A DNA stretch of 63,659 nt, counting the filler, from Lama guanicoe (taxonomy: Eukaryota): the NCBI GenBank assembly GCA_013239625.1. It is 174 parts of 174 records of this genome, joined end to end, with 100 filler letters (N's around TTAATTAATTAA, not from the genome) between each part and the next. Parts side by side here need not be neighbours in the genome. Positions count along the whole stretch, not along the records: positions 33,304 to 33,569 come from PNXV01050943.1; positions 33,670 to 33,936 come from PNXV01050944.1; positions 34,037 to 34,303 come from PNXV01050945.1; positions 34,404 to 34,670 come from PNXV01050946.1; positions 34,771 to 35,036 come from PNXV01050947.1; positions 35,137 to 35,402 come from PNXV01050948.1; positions 35,503 to 35,769 come from PNXV01050949.1; positions 35,870 to 36,136 come from PNXV01050950.1; 166 more parts are not named here. One strand, 5' to 3'. This document shows positions 33,304 to 44,943 of this stretch, one piece after another. Positions within the stretch are counted from its first letter, which is position 1; each line of letters opens with the position of its first letter. The position numbers and the translations under genes are program-made. The notes under the pieces are model-generated. The model was not told the DNA's origin. It was given only the letters and a program-made list of their open reading frames with translations, and did not search any database.

Positions 33304-33569
33304 AGATGTAAAAGAGGATATCAAAATCATTAAAGGTGGGAGAAGGGAGCAAAAAAATATAGATTTTTTTCTTTTTTTTCTTTTTTTGATCTTTTTAGGA
33401 TGTGTTTGAGCTTGTATGACTATCCATTTAAAGCAAACAGATATAGTAATGGGTTAATACACTTGAAAAAGAAGGTAACCACAATTCAAAAGCATGCGAT
33501 CGAATCAAATAACCAAGAAGAAATCACAAAAAGAAAAAGAAAGGAACAAAGAGGAAATACCAAATCAAC
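33304..33569 (+). mobile_element. LINE-1 inter-ORF region fragment
   Basis: aggatgtgtttgagcttgtatgactatccatttaaagcaaacagatatag...ggtaaccacaattcaaaa; A-rich, like the laurasiatherian L1 spacer. Confidence 0.65.
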
Positions 33570-34770
33570 NNNNNNNNNNNNNNNNNNNNNNNNNNNNNNN
33601 NNNNNNNNNNNNNTTAATTAATTAANNNNNNNNNNNNNNNNNNNNNNNNNNNNNNNNNNNNNNNNNNNNTCAATAGATTATGTAGATATTATTATTTATA
33701 TATAAACAGAGGGGAGTCAGGATTTGTGGGGGGGCCTAGGTCATGGGTTCAATCCTGTGTTGCTGCCTACAGGTATGTCCCCTTCATAGGGCTCTACTGT
33801 AAGAATTAAATGAGATCATAGAAGCTAGTTCTTGGCAGACGCCCAGCCCACAGTGAACCCACAACCAGGGACAGCTGTCTGCATCATTTAATTTATGTCC
33901 AGTTGAGGAAGCTGCAACTTGGAAGACAATAATCCANNNNNNNNNNNNNNNNNNNNNNNNNNNNNNNNNNNNNNNNNNNNTTAATTAATTAANNNNNNNN
34001 NNNNNNNNNNNNNNNNNNNNNNNNNNNNNNNNNNNNATCACCAAATATAGTCAGTGTTCAAATTTCCAGTCGTCTTGTGAATATGTGTTTTGCTCATCTG
34101 AGTTTAGAGGCTGTTTGAACCAGGCTCCCAGTGAGGTCCACGCCCTGCCCTTGGTCGCGATGCCTTTGAGATTTCTCTTGATCTTGGTCATCCACCCACC
34201 ACATCAAGTTTTGCCCCTTTGCAATTCATCCTTTCTAGAAACTATGTCATCACTTCTGGAGTTTCCCACAGTCTGGATTTTGCTGACTGCGTCCCCCCGG
34301 TGTNNNNNNNNNNNNNNNNNNNNNNNNNNNNNNNNNNNNNNNNNNNNTTAATTAATTAANNNNNNNNNNNNNNNNNNNNNNNNNNNNNNNNNNNNNNNNN
34401 NNNACACTTCTACATATGTGTGACTCTCCAGTACTAGGGACAGTTTTACTTTGCGATGTTTAAGAATAGCTGTGAGTAAGGGGGTGGTATGACGCCTCTG
34501 AGAAATGGCAAAAAGGCAGCCTTGTCTTTTCTGCCACTTACAGACCCTGCGCTGTCACCAGAAAAATGACTCAGAGATGGGGCCAGAGCACCCACCCCCA
34601 CCATCCCAAGCAGAGTGAAGAGAGTGAGCTGCTCGGCAGTCAGCCCTTCTGGAGGCAAAGCCCCTGCCTGNNNNNNNNNNNNNNNNNNNNNNNNNNNNNN
34701 NNNNNNNNNNNNNNTTAATTAATTAANNNNNNNNNNNNNNNNNNNNNNNNNNNNNNNNNNNNNNNNNNNN

Positions 34771-34850
34771 GTATGTATATGTATGACTGAAGCATTATGC
34801 TGTACACTAGAAATGTATATATTGGAAACTGACTATACTTTAATAAAAAT
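34771..34850 (+). mobile_element. LINE-1 3' terminus
   Basis: gtatatgtatgactgaagcattatgctgtacactagaaat...aaactgactatactttaataaaaa. Confidence 0.85.
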
Positions 34851-36236
34851 ATATAAAACTTACATTTGCACAGAATTCTGCAGATTAATGTTTGTGGCAG
34901 AGCGCCCCCCACATGTGGGCTGCACACTAGAGACTACAGCATGGAAAGTGGGGAAGTGAAAATACACGTTCACAAGGAGACACCTGGGAAATGTACCTTA
35001 GCCAGCGGAGAGGAAATTCTCCTTTGTGTGGAGAATNNNNNNNNNNNNNNNNNNNNNNNNNNNNNNNNNNNNNNNNNNNNTTAATTAATTAANNNNNNNN
35101 NNNNNNNNNNNNNNNNNNNNNNNNNNNNNNNNNNNNATCAGCCCAAAGCCAAGCTCCATGGAGGACAGCAGCCCCTCCATGGCACAGACCCTCCCAGGGC
35201 TCTGCCCGGTTACCGTGGAGCCCCAGCCACAACAAGCCCCGGGGGGCACCCCAACATTCCACCAGGAACCCAGCCAGCAACTGACATCCGGGATGGGTCA
35301 GTTACCAGCGTGTGGGGGAGGGGCTGTGTCAGGGGAGGGGCTGTAGCCAAAGTGTCATTCTCTCCATTACTGTCCAATAGTGATTTTTCTTACCTCTTTT
35401 TGNNNNNNNNNNNNNNNNNNNNNNNNNNNNNNNNNNNNNNNNNNNNTTAATTAATTAANNNNNNNNNNNNNNNNNNNNNNNNNNNNNNNNNNNNNNNNNN
35501 NNTCCCGAGTCCGTCCACAGAGAAGGCAGGAAATTTCCATGCTGCTGGTCTGGGAGGCAGAGTTTCCAGTGGCATTAGGCTACTGTTTTCCCTTGAACTT
35601 CCCCCTGGACTCATGTCGAACAGCAAGATCCTCTTCGAGGTGAAACAGTTCAAGTCACCTCCTTGGGTTCCTGCCGCTGCTCCCACGAGGGTGATCTCTG
35701 ACCCTTTACAATCATTTACTGACACAAATGCCTAGAAGCATAGCCTGCTAGATAAAAGTAAGTCTCTGGNNNNNNNNNNNNNNNNNNNNNNNNNNNNNNN
35801 NNNNNNNNNNNNNTTAATTAATTAANNNNNNNNNNNNNNNNNNNNNNNNNNNNNNNNNNNNNNNNNNNNAGTTCAGCCCAACAGAAGTAACGTGCCTAGT
35901 CATTCCAGGTCCTCCTGTGGTAGGATTGCGGTTTATGGGACTTCACGGTATTTTTGATCCTATGCTTTTCTTTATTTGAGGATGGGGTCATGTAATGTGT
36001 TTTCCATCATTAGGAATACTTTGGTATGGGATGCTCAGTGTAGATGTCATAAACAACCCAGAAGTGGACGGACATTAAACATTAAAACCCCTGAAACTGC
36101 CCTGGAAGTTGGCCAGCCCCAATTTCCTGTGTTTCCNNNNNNNNNNNNNNNNNNNNNNNNNNNNNNNNNNNNNNNNNNNNTTAATTAATTAANNNNNNNN
36201 NNNNNNNNNNNNNNNNNNNNNNNNNNNNNNNNNNNN

Positions 36237-36502
36237 AGTGTAAAGAAATGTATTTGGTTTTTGTACATTAATCTGGCTACCTTGCGCAGTTCCTTTTTTA
36301 CCCTAAGTATTTTTTTGTGAAGCTTTTAGTTTTCTATATATAGTGTCATGTCTGTATATCGTGACAATTTACCTCTTCTTTTCCAGTCTGAATCCTTTTC
36401 TTTGCTTTTATTGCCTGATCGTTGTGACTAGGAATTCCAAGACTATATTTAAATGAAATTGAGAGAATGGGCATCCTTGTCTTGTCTCAGGTTTTTGTGG
36501 GA
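36237..36502 (-). mobile_element. LINE-1 ORF2 RT region, antisense
   Basis: gttgtgactaggaattccaagactatatt...gagaatgggcatccttgtcttgt (antisense of RQGCPFS...IVLE.L). Confidence 0.9.
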
Positions 36503-36614
36503 NNNNNNNNNNNNNNNNNNNNNNNNNNNNNNNNNNNNNNNNNNNNTTAATTAATTAANNNNNNNNNNNNNNNNNNNNNNNNNNNNNNNNNNNNNNNNNN
36601 NNTTGTCTTGTGGC

Positions 36615-36705
36615 ATTCTTACAGTAACCTGTGAGGCACTACTGTTTCTTTATGAGGACACTGAAGAACAGAGAGGGTAAGCATCTTGCCCAATATCACA
36701 CAGTG
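36615..36705 (-). mobile_element. MIR SINE core
   Basis: cttacagtaacctgtgagg...tgaggacactgaagaacagagagggtaagcatcttgcccaatatcacacag. Confidence 0.75.
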
Positions 36706-36969
36706 AAGGCAGAAGTCAAATTTCTGTCAATGCTTATGCTATGAACTTTAAACCACACCATTTCTGAGGTCGCAGAGCTTCCACTGTTCCACTGTCTGAG
36801 TTCCAAGGGGGCAAACATAAGTGACATCAAAATATTAGTAATATATAATTTAGTAAAACTCCAAAAAAANNNNNNNNNNNNNNNNNNNNNNNNNNNNNNN
36901 NNNNNNNNNNNNNTTAATTAATTAANNNNNNNNNNNNNNNNNNNNNNNNNNNNNNNNNNNNNNNNNNNN

Positions 36970-37236
36970 TGAATGGAATCAGAATTTCAACAGAAAGAAA
37001 CCCTAAAAAGGAACCAAATTCTGGAGCTAAGGATACAAAGACTGTGCTGAACATTTCAATGGAGAGAGCCTCAACAATTGACCCAATCAAGCAGAAGAAA
37101 GAATAAGTGAACTCACAGCCAGGTCATTTGAAATCACCCAGAGGAACATAAACAAAAAATCCAAAAGATGAAAAAGAATGAAGAAACCCTATGGGACTTA
37201 TGGAATATCAAGAAAAATCAATATTTGCATTATTTT
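36970..37236 (+). mobile_element. LINE-1 ORF1 coiled-coil fragment
   Basis: aaggaaccaaattctggagct...caagcagaagaaagaataagtgaactc...aagaatgaagaaaccctatgggacttatgg. Confidence 0.88.
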
Positions 37237-38804
37237 NNNNNNNNNNNNNNNNNNNNNNNNNNNNNNNNNNNNNNNNNNNNTTAATTAATTAANNNNNNNN
37301 NNNNNNNNNNNNNNNNNNNNNNNNNNNNNNNNNNNNACACACACACTTGTATATATCTACGATCAGGATATAAAAATATTGAGATTAGATCAAATCTAAT
37401 GTAGTGCTCCAAAAAAAGAAAAGACGAATCTAAGATGTGGGTACATTTATGAAATTTTTTCACGTGGGTAGATTTTTCATTTAACTGCTCAACATTTCTA
37501 AGAATTTATATGCCCATTTTACCCAACATTGTAAAAACTGGCCCAGAGATTCAATATCTTCCAAGCTTCAGTAAGACAAATTCTTGCTCCTTACAGAAAG
37601 ATCNNNNNNNNNNNNNNNNNNNNNNNNNNNNNNNNNNNNNNNNNNNNTTAATTAATTAANNNNNNNNNNNNNNNNNNNNNNNNNNNNNNNNNNNNNNNNN
37701 NNNAAAACTGAAGTTCCAACAAAATGGCAACTGCAAATTCAGTCATTTTATTCATCATTATAAGATAGTCTTTTGTAATAATACATTTATTCAATTCTCT
37801 CTTTCTTTCATTATACTTACTTAGGTTAGAATATGCTTTAATTTTTTTCTTTCAAGAATACAAAGATGTTTAATCAGCTAGTATATTTCAAACAGTGAAA
37901 ATTACAGTAAAATTAATTGCCTTTGAAAGACTCAAATATTTTTGTCACTAAATGTATAGGTTAATTTTCTNNNNNNNNNNNNNNNNNNNNNNNNNNNNNN
38001 NNNNNNNNNNNNNNTTAATTAATTAANNNNNNNNNNNNNNNNNNNNNNNNNNNNNNNNNNNNNNNNNNNNCCCCCCCGAAAATCTGTGATTACTAAATAG
38101 GTAGATACCTGCATTCATCCTATTGTTTACCTATCCTAATAAAGTTGTATTTTGTAATTTATTTTACATTCTCAATACATTTTTGTTATGCTTCTTTACT
38201 ACTTATTTCCTAGAGAAAACGACTATTCACGTCTTTCTGAGAATATGACTAGAGTTTTTTAAATTTCTATTTTATGTCCCCTAGGTCTGTTTCTCTATTT
38301 GCATATTTAGCTCTTTTTTCCAAATAGTTTTTTTTTTNNNNNNNNNNNNNNNNNNNNNNNNNNNNNNNNNNNNNNNNNNNNTTAATTAATTAANNNNNNN
38401 NNNNNNNNNNNNNNNNNNNNNNNNNNNNNNNNNNNNNTTAGGGAACTGTCCTGCTTTCCCAGTTGGTTGTCATCCCTTCCTTCCCTTCACACGGTGTTCA
38501 GACCGTTTGCACATGTTACTTTCAGGGCTTCTGGTCTCCTCTTTTGATTCTGAGTCTTCTGAGAGCATATTCCAGCGGAATCTTTAGTGAATCTTCAATA
38601 GATGGTTGGTTTGCTTCACTTCCTAGTTGTGTTGCAGAAAATTATGTGACAGTCTTCAGTTGTGACAGCAACCTGGATCCAGGCGAGAGACCAAGCAGCA
38701 CTCGNNNNNNNNNNNNNNNNNNNNNNNNNNNNNNNNNNNNNNNNNNNNTTAATTAATTAANNNNNNNNNNNNNNNNNNNNNNNNNNNNNNNNNNNNNNNN
38801 NNNN

Positions 38805-39071
38805 AAAATGGCAATAATAAGTCCTTACCTATCAATAATTACTATAAAAGTAAATCAATTAAATTCTCCAATCAAAAGAAATAGTGTGGAAGGATACAAA
38901 AGAAAAAAATGTTTCAAGAATATGCTGGGTAAAGGAGACTCACTCTAGCTTTAAGGACACAAATAGTCTGAAAGTGAAGGAGTGGCAAAAGATATCCCAT
39001 GGAAATGGTAACCAAAATATAGCAGGAGTGGCTACACTTGCAATAGATAAAATAGACTTGCAATCAAAATT
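38805..39071 (+). mobile_element. LINE-1 ORF2 start, endonuclease domain
   Basis: MAIISPYLSIITIKVNQLNSPIKR from 38808, then ETH..FKDTNSLKVKEWQKISHGNGNQ..AGVA.L..DKID. Confidence 0.95.
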
Positions 39072-39989
39072 NNNNNNNNNNNNNNNNNNNNNNNNNNNNN
39101 NNNNNNNNNNNNNNNTTAATTAATTAANNNNNNNNNNNNNNNNNNNNNNNNNNNNNNNNNNNNNNNNNNNNGTGAGCAATTTCTTCAAGGGTTGCCACAG
39201 GTTTAGACTACCTCCCAAGTTCAGCAATTACAACATCACCACATACCATCACACATCTCCTGATTTTCACTAGATTAGCATCTTGGTTAATCTTCTAAAA
39301 GCCTTCTTTGGCAATAAAACTTGCCAGCACAGCAGCAGTAGCATATCATTCCCAACCTCTTCATTTATGCTGTTGGCAACATCTTAAACAAGTTTAGTGC
39401 TAATATTTTTGTATTTATCTTTTAAATCAGTGGATTTTNNNNNNNNNNNNNNNNNNNNNNNNNNNNNNNNNNNNNNNNNNNNTTAATTAATTAANNNNNN
39501 NNNNNNNNNNNNNNNNNNNNNNNNNNNNNNNNNNNNNNATCCAAAAAGAAAAGCTAATTCAAAACCAGAGATATAATTACCTAGATTAAAGAGCAAGTGC
39601 CCTTCTTAAATTTTCAGAGGAAGGTTATAAAAATCACTTCATTTAAAATTAAGTGTACCTTCTGATGTGAAAATATACAAGCCCTGAAGCCAAAAAAGTA
39701 AGATAATTAATTTTAGATCAAATTTTGAATGAAGGGGAATATGTTTCATCTGTTTGTCAAAGTTGCAAACATTAACAAGAGATTAATGACCCCTAAACCC
39801 AATGANNNNNNNNNNNNNNNNNNNNNNNNNNNNNNNNNNNNNNNNNNNNTTAATTAATTAANNNNNNNNNNNNNNNNNNNNNNNNNNNNNNNNNNNNNNN
39901 NNNNNGAACTTTTGGAATATTTTCTCTTGCCATCTGCCATTGCCATAATATTTTTTTTTAAGTAAGCCAAGGCTAACCTATTGTTCCTA

Positions 39990-40172
39990 GGAGATGAGAC
40001 ATGTGGATCAGAGGGAGTCAGCTCAGCTGAGAAAGCCAGCTGTCCAGCCACAGTCAGCCTAGATTTGTCAACAGCCAACTGATGCCACCTGTGAAAAAGC
40101 TCAGCCAAAATCAGCAGTCTCTAACCCGACCAGTACAGAGATGTGAGCAATGGACATTTATTGCTGTATATG
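39990..40172 (+). mobile_element. Old MaLR LTR (MLT1G/H-like)
   Basis: gagacatgtgga...cagcctagat...agctcagccaaaatcagcag...agagatgtgagcaat. Confidence 0.6.
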
Positions 40173-42474
40173 NNNNNNNNNNNNNNNNNNNNNNNNNNNN
40201 NNNNNNNNNNNNNNNNTTAATTAATTAANNNNNNNNNNNNNNNNNNNNNNNNNNNNNNNNNNNNNNNNNNNNGTTCTAATATTCTGATTTGTAGTTCACC
40301 ATGAGTGGAACATGTAGAAACGATGCTCTTCGACAAAATGTTGATAAATCTACTGCTAAAGATAAAAAGACCACATATACAACACGACTTAGTCAAGGTT
40401 ATGAGAAAAGTTAATTTTTTCATTGTCCTTTTAAATGAAAATTCCTGTCTGCACAATATGACATTTTTTTTAAATGTAAAGATAATTGAGTAGCAATATT
40501 AATTAACTTTAAAAGTTTTCTGGTTAAAGTTCAGGCTTANNNNNNNNNNNNNNNNNNNNNNNNNNNNNNNNNNNNNNNNNNNNTTAATTAATTAANNNNN
40601 NNNNNNNNNNNNNNNNNNNNNNNNNNNNNNNNNNNNNNNTGAGACAAGAATACTGGAAAATATTCAACAGATTGATTTTTCTCAGTGACGTTCATGTCAA
40701 AGTGCTATTCTTGATGAGAAGGACAGCCTCACAAAGGGTCTAATTCTGAGAAAATCTTGTAGATGTGGAGATTGATCTTCCTGGAAGTACCATGAGTCAC
40801 CCTACCTGTTCCCTCCGAGAGAGAAAAGATGAATTGGTAATGACAATGTCTGTTCTGTCATCCTTACCAGATCTCATGCGAAATCCAAATCAGAACTGCC
40901 AGTTTANNNNNNNNNNNNNNNNNNNNNNNNNNNNNNNNNNNNNNNNNNNNTTAATTAATTAANNNNNNNNNNNNNNNNNNNNNNNNNNNNNNNNNNNNNN
41001 NNNNNNGGCGGGAGGCTGTGAGATGAGGACTTGCTTCCCCAGATGAACTATGGAAGACTCCTGATAAAATCTATGAATTCTGAAAGACTCGATGCCTGGG
41101 CCCCCCTCTACTCATTACTCAGACCACTCTTATTTATTGGTGCACTCATAAATTGTTCTCACCTCTTTCAGCACCAGTAGGACTGGAACATATTACAGCA
41201 GGGGAGCCAGTGATTCTGCCAGACCCTGTATGGAAAGGCATAGATCATTCTCTATGCATGCTTTTTGGAGCAANNNNNNNNNNNNNNNNNNNNNNNNNNN
41301 NNNNNNNNNNNNNNNNNTTAATTAATTAANNNNNNNNNNNNNNNNNNNNNNNNNNNNNNNNNNNNNNNNNNNNATGTTAGCCAGTTCCAAAGGCTTCCAA
41401 ATTTATTCTAAATCTAGCAGGAAATGGTTGGCTCCCATTCTCCTTTAGATTTGGTTTGTTCCCCATAGGTCCTCTTTAATCTTAGATTCTAAGCTCCTAC
41501 ACAGAGCGTGTAAATAGTTTGACATAATTTCCGAATCCATGCTCTGACTTTACCCTAACTTTTAGTTATGAAGATAGGTTAAGACTAAATAATTCCAAAC
41601 GCCACTAAATAAATGTCATAATGATCTCTTTCTTTAGGTANNNNNNNNNNNNNNNNNNNNNNNNNNNNNNNNNNNNNNNNNNNNTTAATTAATTAANNNN
41701 NNNNNNNNNNNNNNNNNNNNNNNNNNNNNNNNNNNNNNNNTGGGATCAAAGCCCAGGTCTGGCTGCTGCTAAGGTCCAGGCTCTCAGCCGTCACACCCTT
41801 GCCTTCCCCCTATTACTCAGGGACAACTTGGCACCTCTTCTGTCTTCTCCAGAGGTGAATCCCAAAGCAACTAAATCTAGTGTCACTGTCCAGAAAACGG
41901 TGACTCGGTCTCCCATGCAGCCATCCCCTTGTTCCTCATTGGAGCCCCCTAAATAAGACAGGACCCCAGAACCCTGTACGGCAGAGCTGAAGGTCCTCTG
42001 GTCCCCTNNNNNNNNNNNNNNNNNNNNNNNNNNNNNNNNNNNNNNNNNNNNTTAATTAATTAANNNNNNNNNNNNNNNNNNNNNNNNNNNNNNNNNNNNN
42101 NNNNNNNTGTGGGGGTGAGAATGAACAGCCCCGATACCTAAAGGGTGATAGTTCTCCAACACGAGTGTTCCTCACACAATGTCTTCTTAATAATATTTAG
42201 CCCTCCTCCGTTATCTCACAGATGTTTCTTCCCCTAGAAATGTTTTAGCTTCCTGTCATTATCGCAGTCTGTCCATTCCTGACGATTTTCTCGCTGTCCC
42301 TTCTTTCATAGCCACCCTGGGTTTTGTCTCAGCCACAGAGCTTTAGTTGCTGGCAAACTTCCCAGGAGTTTGGCNNNNNNNNNNNNNNNNNNNNNNNNNN
42401 NNNNNNNNNNNNNNNNNNTTAATTAATTAANNNNNNNNNNNNNNNNNNNNNNNNNNNNNNNNNNNNNNNNNNNN

Positions 42475-42741
42475 AGGCTTGTAACATAATACTCAAAGTG
42501 TCCAGGATACAATCCAAAATTACTCAGCGTATGAAGTACCAGAACTTGTATGAGAAAATACAATCAATAAATGCCAATGCCACGAGGGCACACATGTGGG
42601 AATTAACTCAGGAAAACTTGAAAACAGCCACTATGAAAATACTCTAACAACCATCACAGACCCTGTTGAAATCATTAGAAAATGTCCAGCAAAGAAATAG
42701 AAGACATGAAGAACAAAGTGGACATTTTAGAACTGAAAAAT
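42475..42741 (+). mobile_element. Old LINE-1 5'/ORF1 start fragment
   Basis: tccaggatacaatccaaaattactcag...cagcaaagaaatagaagacatgaagaac...ttttagaactgaaaaat. Confidence 0.8.
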
Positions 42742-42949
42742 NNNNNNNNNNNNNNNNNNNNNNNNNNNNNNNNNNNNNNNNNNNNTTAATTAATTAANNN
42801 NNNNNNNNNNNNNNNNNNNNNNNNNNNNNNNNNNNNNNNNNGCAGGGGGCAGGGAACACTCCGAGGAGGGAGCGGACAGAGCCTGAGGCCGGGCCCAGCC
42901 TGAGGCAGCCTCCCGGAGCCACCTGTCTTGTCTCTGTCCATCCACTTAG

Positions 42950-43108
42950 GTGTATAGAGCCCTTTTTGGTAACTTCACCAAGAAGCTGACCACTTGTATG
43001 TCTACAGCAGGGCTGCTCCAGGCAGTGAGCCCCTCCTGCAAGTGGATGGTGACGACCTGGGCCTGTGATGCCAAGCGGGGCTGGAAGTTTGACTTCAGCT
43101 TCTACGTG
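42950..43108 (+). CDS. Candidate coding exon (3' end truncated), gene not recognised
   Basis: Acceptor tgtcttgtctctgtccatccacttag; open frame VYRALFGNFTKKLTTCMSTAGLLQAVSPSCKWMVTTWACDAKRGWKFDFSFYV; 39 of 53 codons end in G/C. Confidence 0.5.
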
Positions 43109-43575
43109 NNNNNNNNNNNNNNNNNNNNNNNNNNNNNNNNNNNNNNNNNNNNTTAATTAATTAANNNNNNNNNNNNNNNNNNNNNNNNNNNNNNNNNNNN
43201 NNNNNNNNTTTTTTTTTTAGCTAATTTTTGATGGAGATACTCTATCATATTTTTGAGCTGATAGTAATGGTCCAATAGAAAAGAAAGCTACTACTGATGC
43301 AGCAGAGGGAGGAAATACTGGGAAGACAACAGATAATGGAGTACAGATTATAAGTGAAGTGATATTCCTTTGAGAGGCTGAGTAATCCTGCATGTCACCC
43401 CCATTGTTACAGAAGGGAATGTGACAAATGGAGATACACACTTATGCTTGTGGACTTTATCTAGATCTAGATCTANNNNNNNNNNNNNNNNNNNNNNNNN
43501 NNNNNNNNNNNNNNNNNNNTTAATTAATTAANNNNNNNNNNNNNNNNNNNNNNNNNNNNNNNNNNNNNNNNNNNN

Positions 43576-43842
43576 GCTCTAATATTCACATTATAGGGGC
43601 CCCAGAAAGAGAAGAGAGAAAGAAAGGACCTGAGAAAATTTTTAGAGAGATAATAACTGAAAACTTCCCCAACTTGGGAAAGGAAAACAGTCACCCAAGT
43701 CCTGGAAGTGCAGAGAGAACCACACAGAATCAACCCAAAGATGAAAACACCAAGGCACATAGTCATCAAGTTGATAACAATTAAGGATAATGAGAATATA
43801 CTAAAATTAGCAAGAGAAAAGCAATGAATAACATACGAGGGA
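43576..43842 (+). mobile_element. LINE-1 ORF1 RRM-domain fragment
   Basis: SNIHIIGAPEREERKKGPEKIFREIITENFPNLGK...HRINPKMKTPRHIVIKL..IKD.E.ILKLAREK. Confidence 0.95.
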
Positions 43843-44676
43843 NNNNNNNNNNNNNNNNNNNNNNNNNNNNNNNNNNNNNNNNNNNNTTAATTAATTAANN
43901 NNNNNNNNNNNNNNNNNNNNNNNNNNNNNNNNNNNNNNNNNNTTTTTTTTTATTTATCTATCTCCATCTCTTCTAGGAAACAGCCATTTCACCAAGGAAA
44001 GGGTCAGATAAATTGATCATTTTATTCTTAACGTTTAGTACAATGACTCCACAAAAGTGTATGCTGAATCACCAAATAAAGAAATGCATTGGAAAATAAA
44101 AGTGGGTAGTGGGTGTGAGTCATTCCTGAAGAGAAGAAACTTCGGAGAAACTGCACAGCCAAATATAAAGCATTTTTAAGAGTTATTAAGTATCCAATTA
44201 GTCTAATGTNNNNNNNNNNNNNNNNNNNNNNNNNNNNNNNNNNNNNNNNNNNNTTAATTAATTAANNNNNNNNNNNNNNNNNNNNNNNNNNNNNNNNNNN
44301 NNNNNNNNNTATTAAATATGAAGTGATTTGCCTCTAACTGATAAATGATTAATAAATCTCCCTTTCCAGTGTGGTTTTAAAAATGTAGCTAGAAATCTCT
44401 ACTTGCAGTTTAAAATAAGTTATTTTCAAATAGCAGGACAGGCAGTAGTTATTTTGCAAGGGAATGAAGATCATCAGGGAAAGAGGCCTCAGATGGGCCT
44501 TACTGAAAACCTCCGTGTTAGTCCCAGCGAAGGTCTGAGGAGTCCCACCAAGTGTCACCAAGTCTAAACTCATTCTNNNNNNNNNNNNNNNNNNNNNNNN
44601 NNNNNNNNNNNNNNNNNNNNTTAATTAATTAANNNNNNNNNNNNNNNNNNNNNNNNNNNNNNNNNNNNNNNNNNNN

Positions 44677-44943
44677 TGTTTTGAAATCTCTCATCCTATC
44701 TCCACATAGTAAGTTCTAAATCTTTCTTCTATCTTCACTCCTCGTTAATCTTTCCTTTTATCTCTTTTCTCCTCTCTCCTCAGAACGATTTCCAAATCTC
44801 TCCTGTCTCATCTCTCCTCATAATTAACTTGAGTTCAGTCCTCCTATCTCCTCATCACGATTTCCAAATCTCTCTTACTTGCTTTCACCTCCCTCCTGAT
44901 AAGTATTCCAACATCTCTGCTGTCTCCTCACAAATGTTTACAA
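44677..44943. repeat. Pyrimidine-rich degenerate tandem repeat (about 36/72-bp period)
   Basis: acgatttccaaatctctc occurs exactly at 44785 and 44857; related aaatct(c/t)tc units near 44683 and 44718. Confidence 0.65.
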
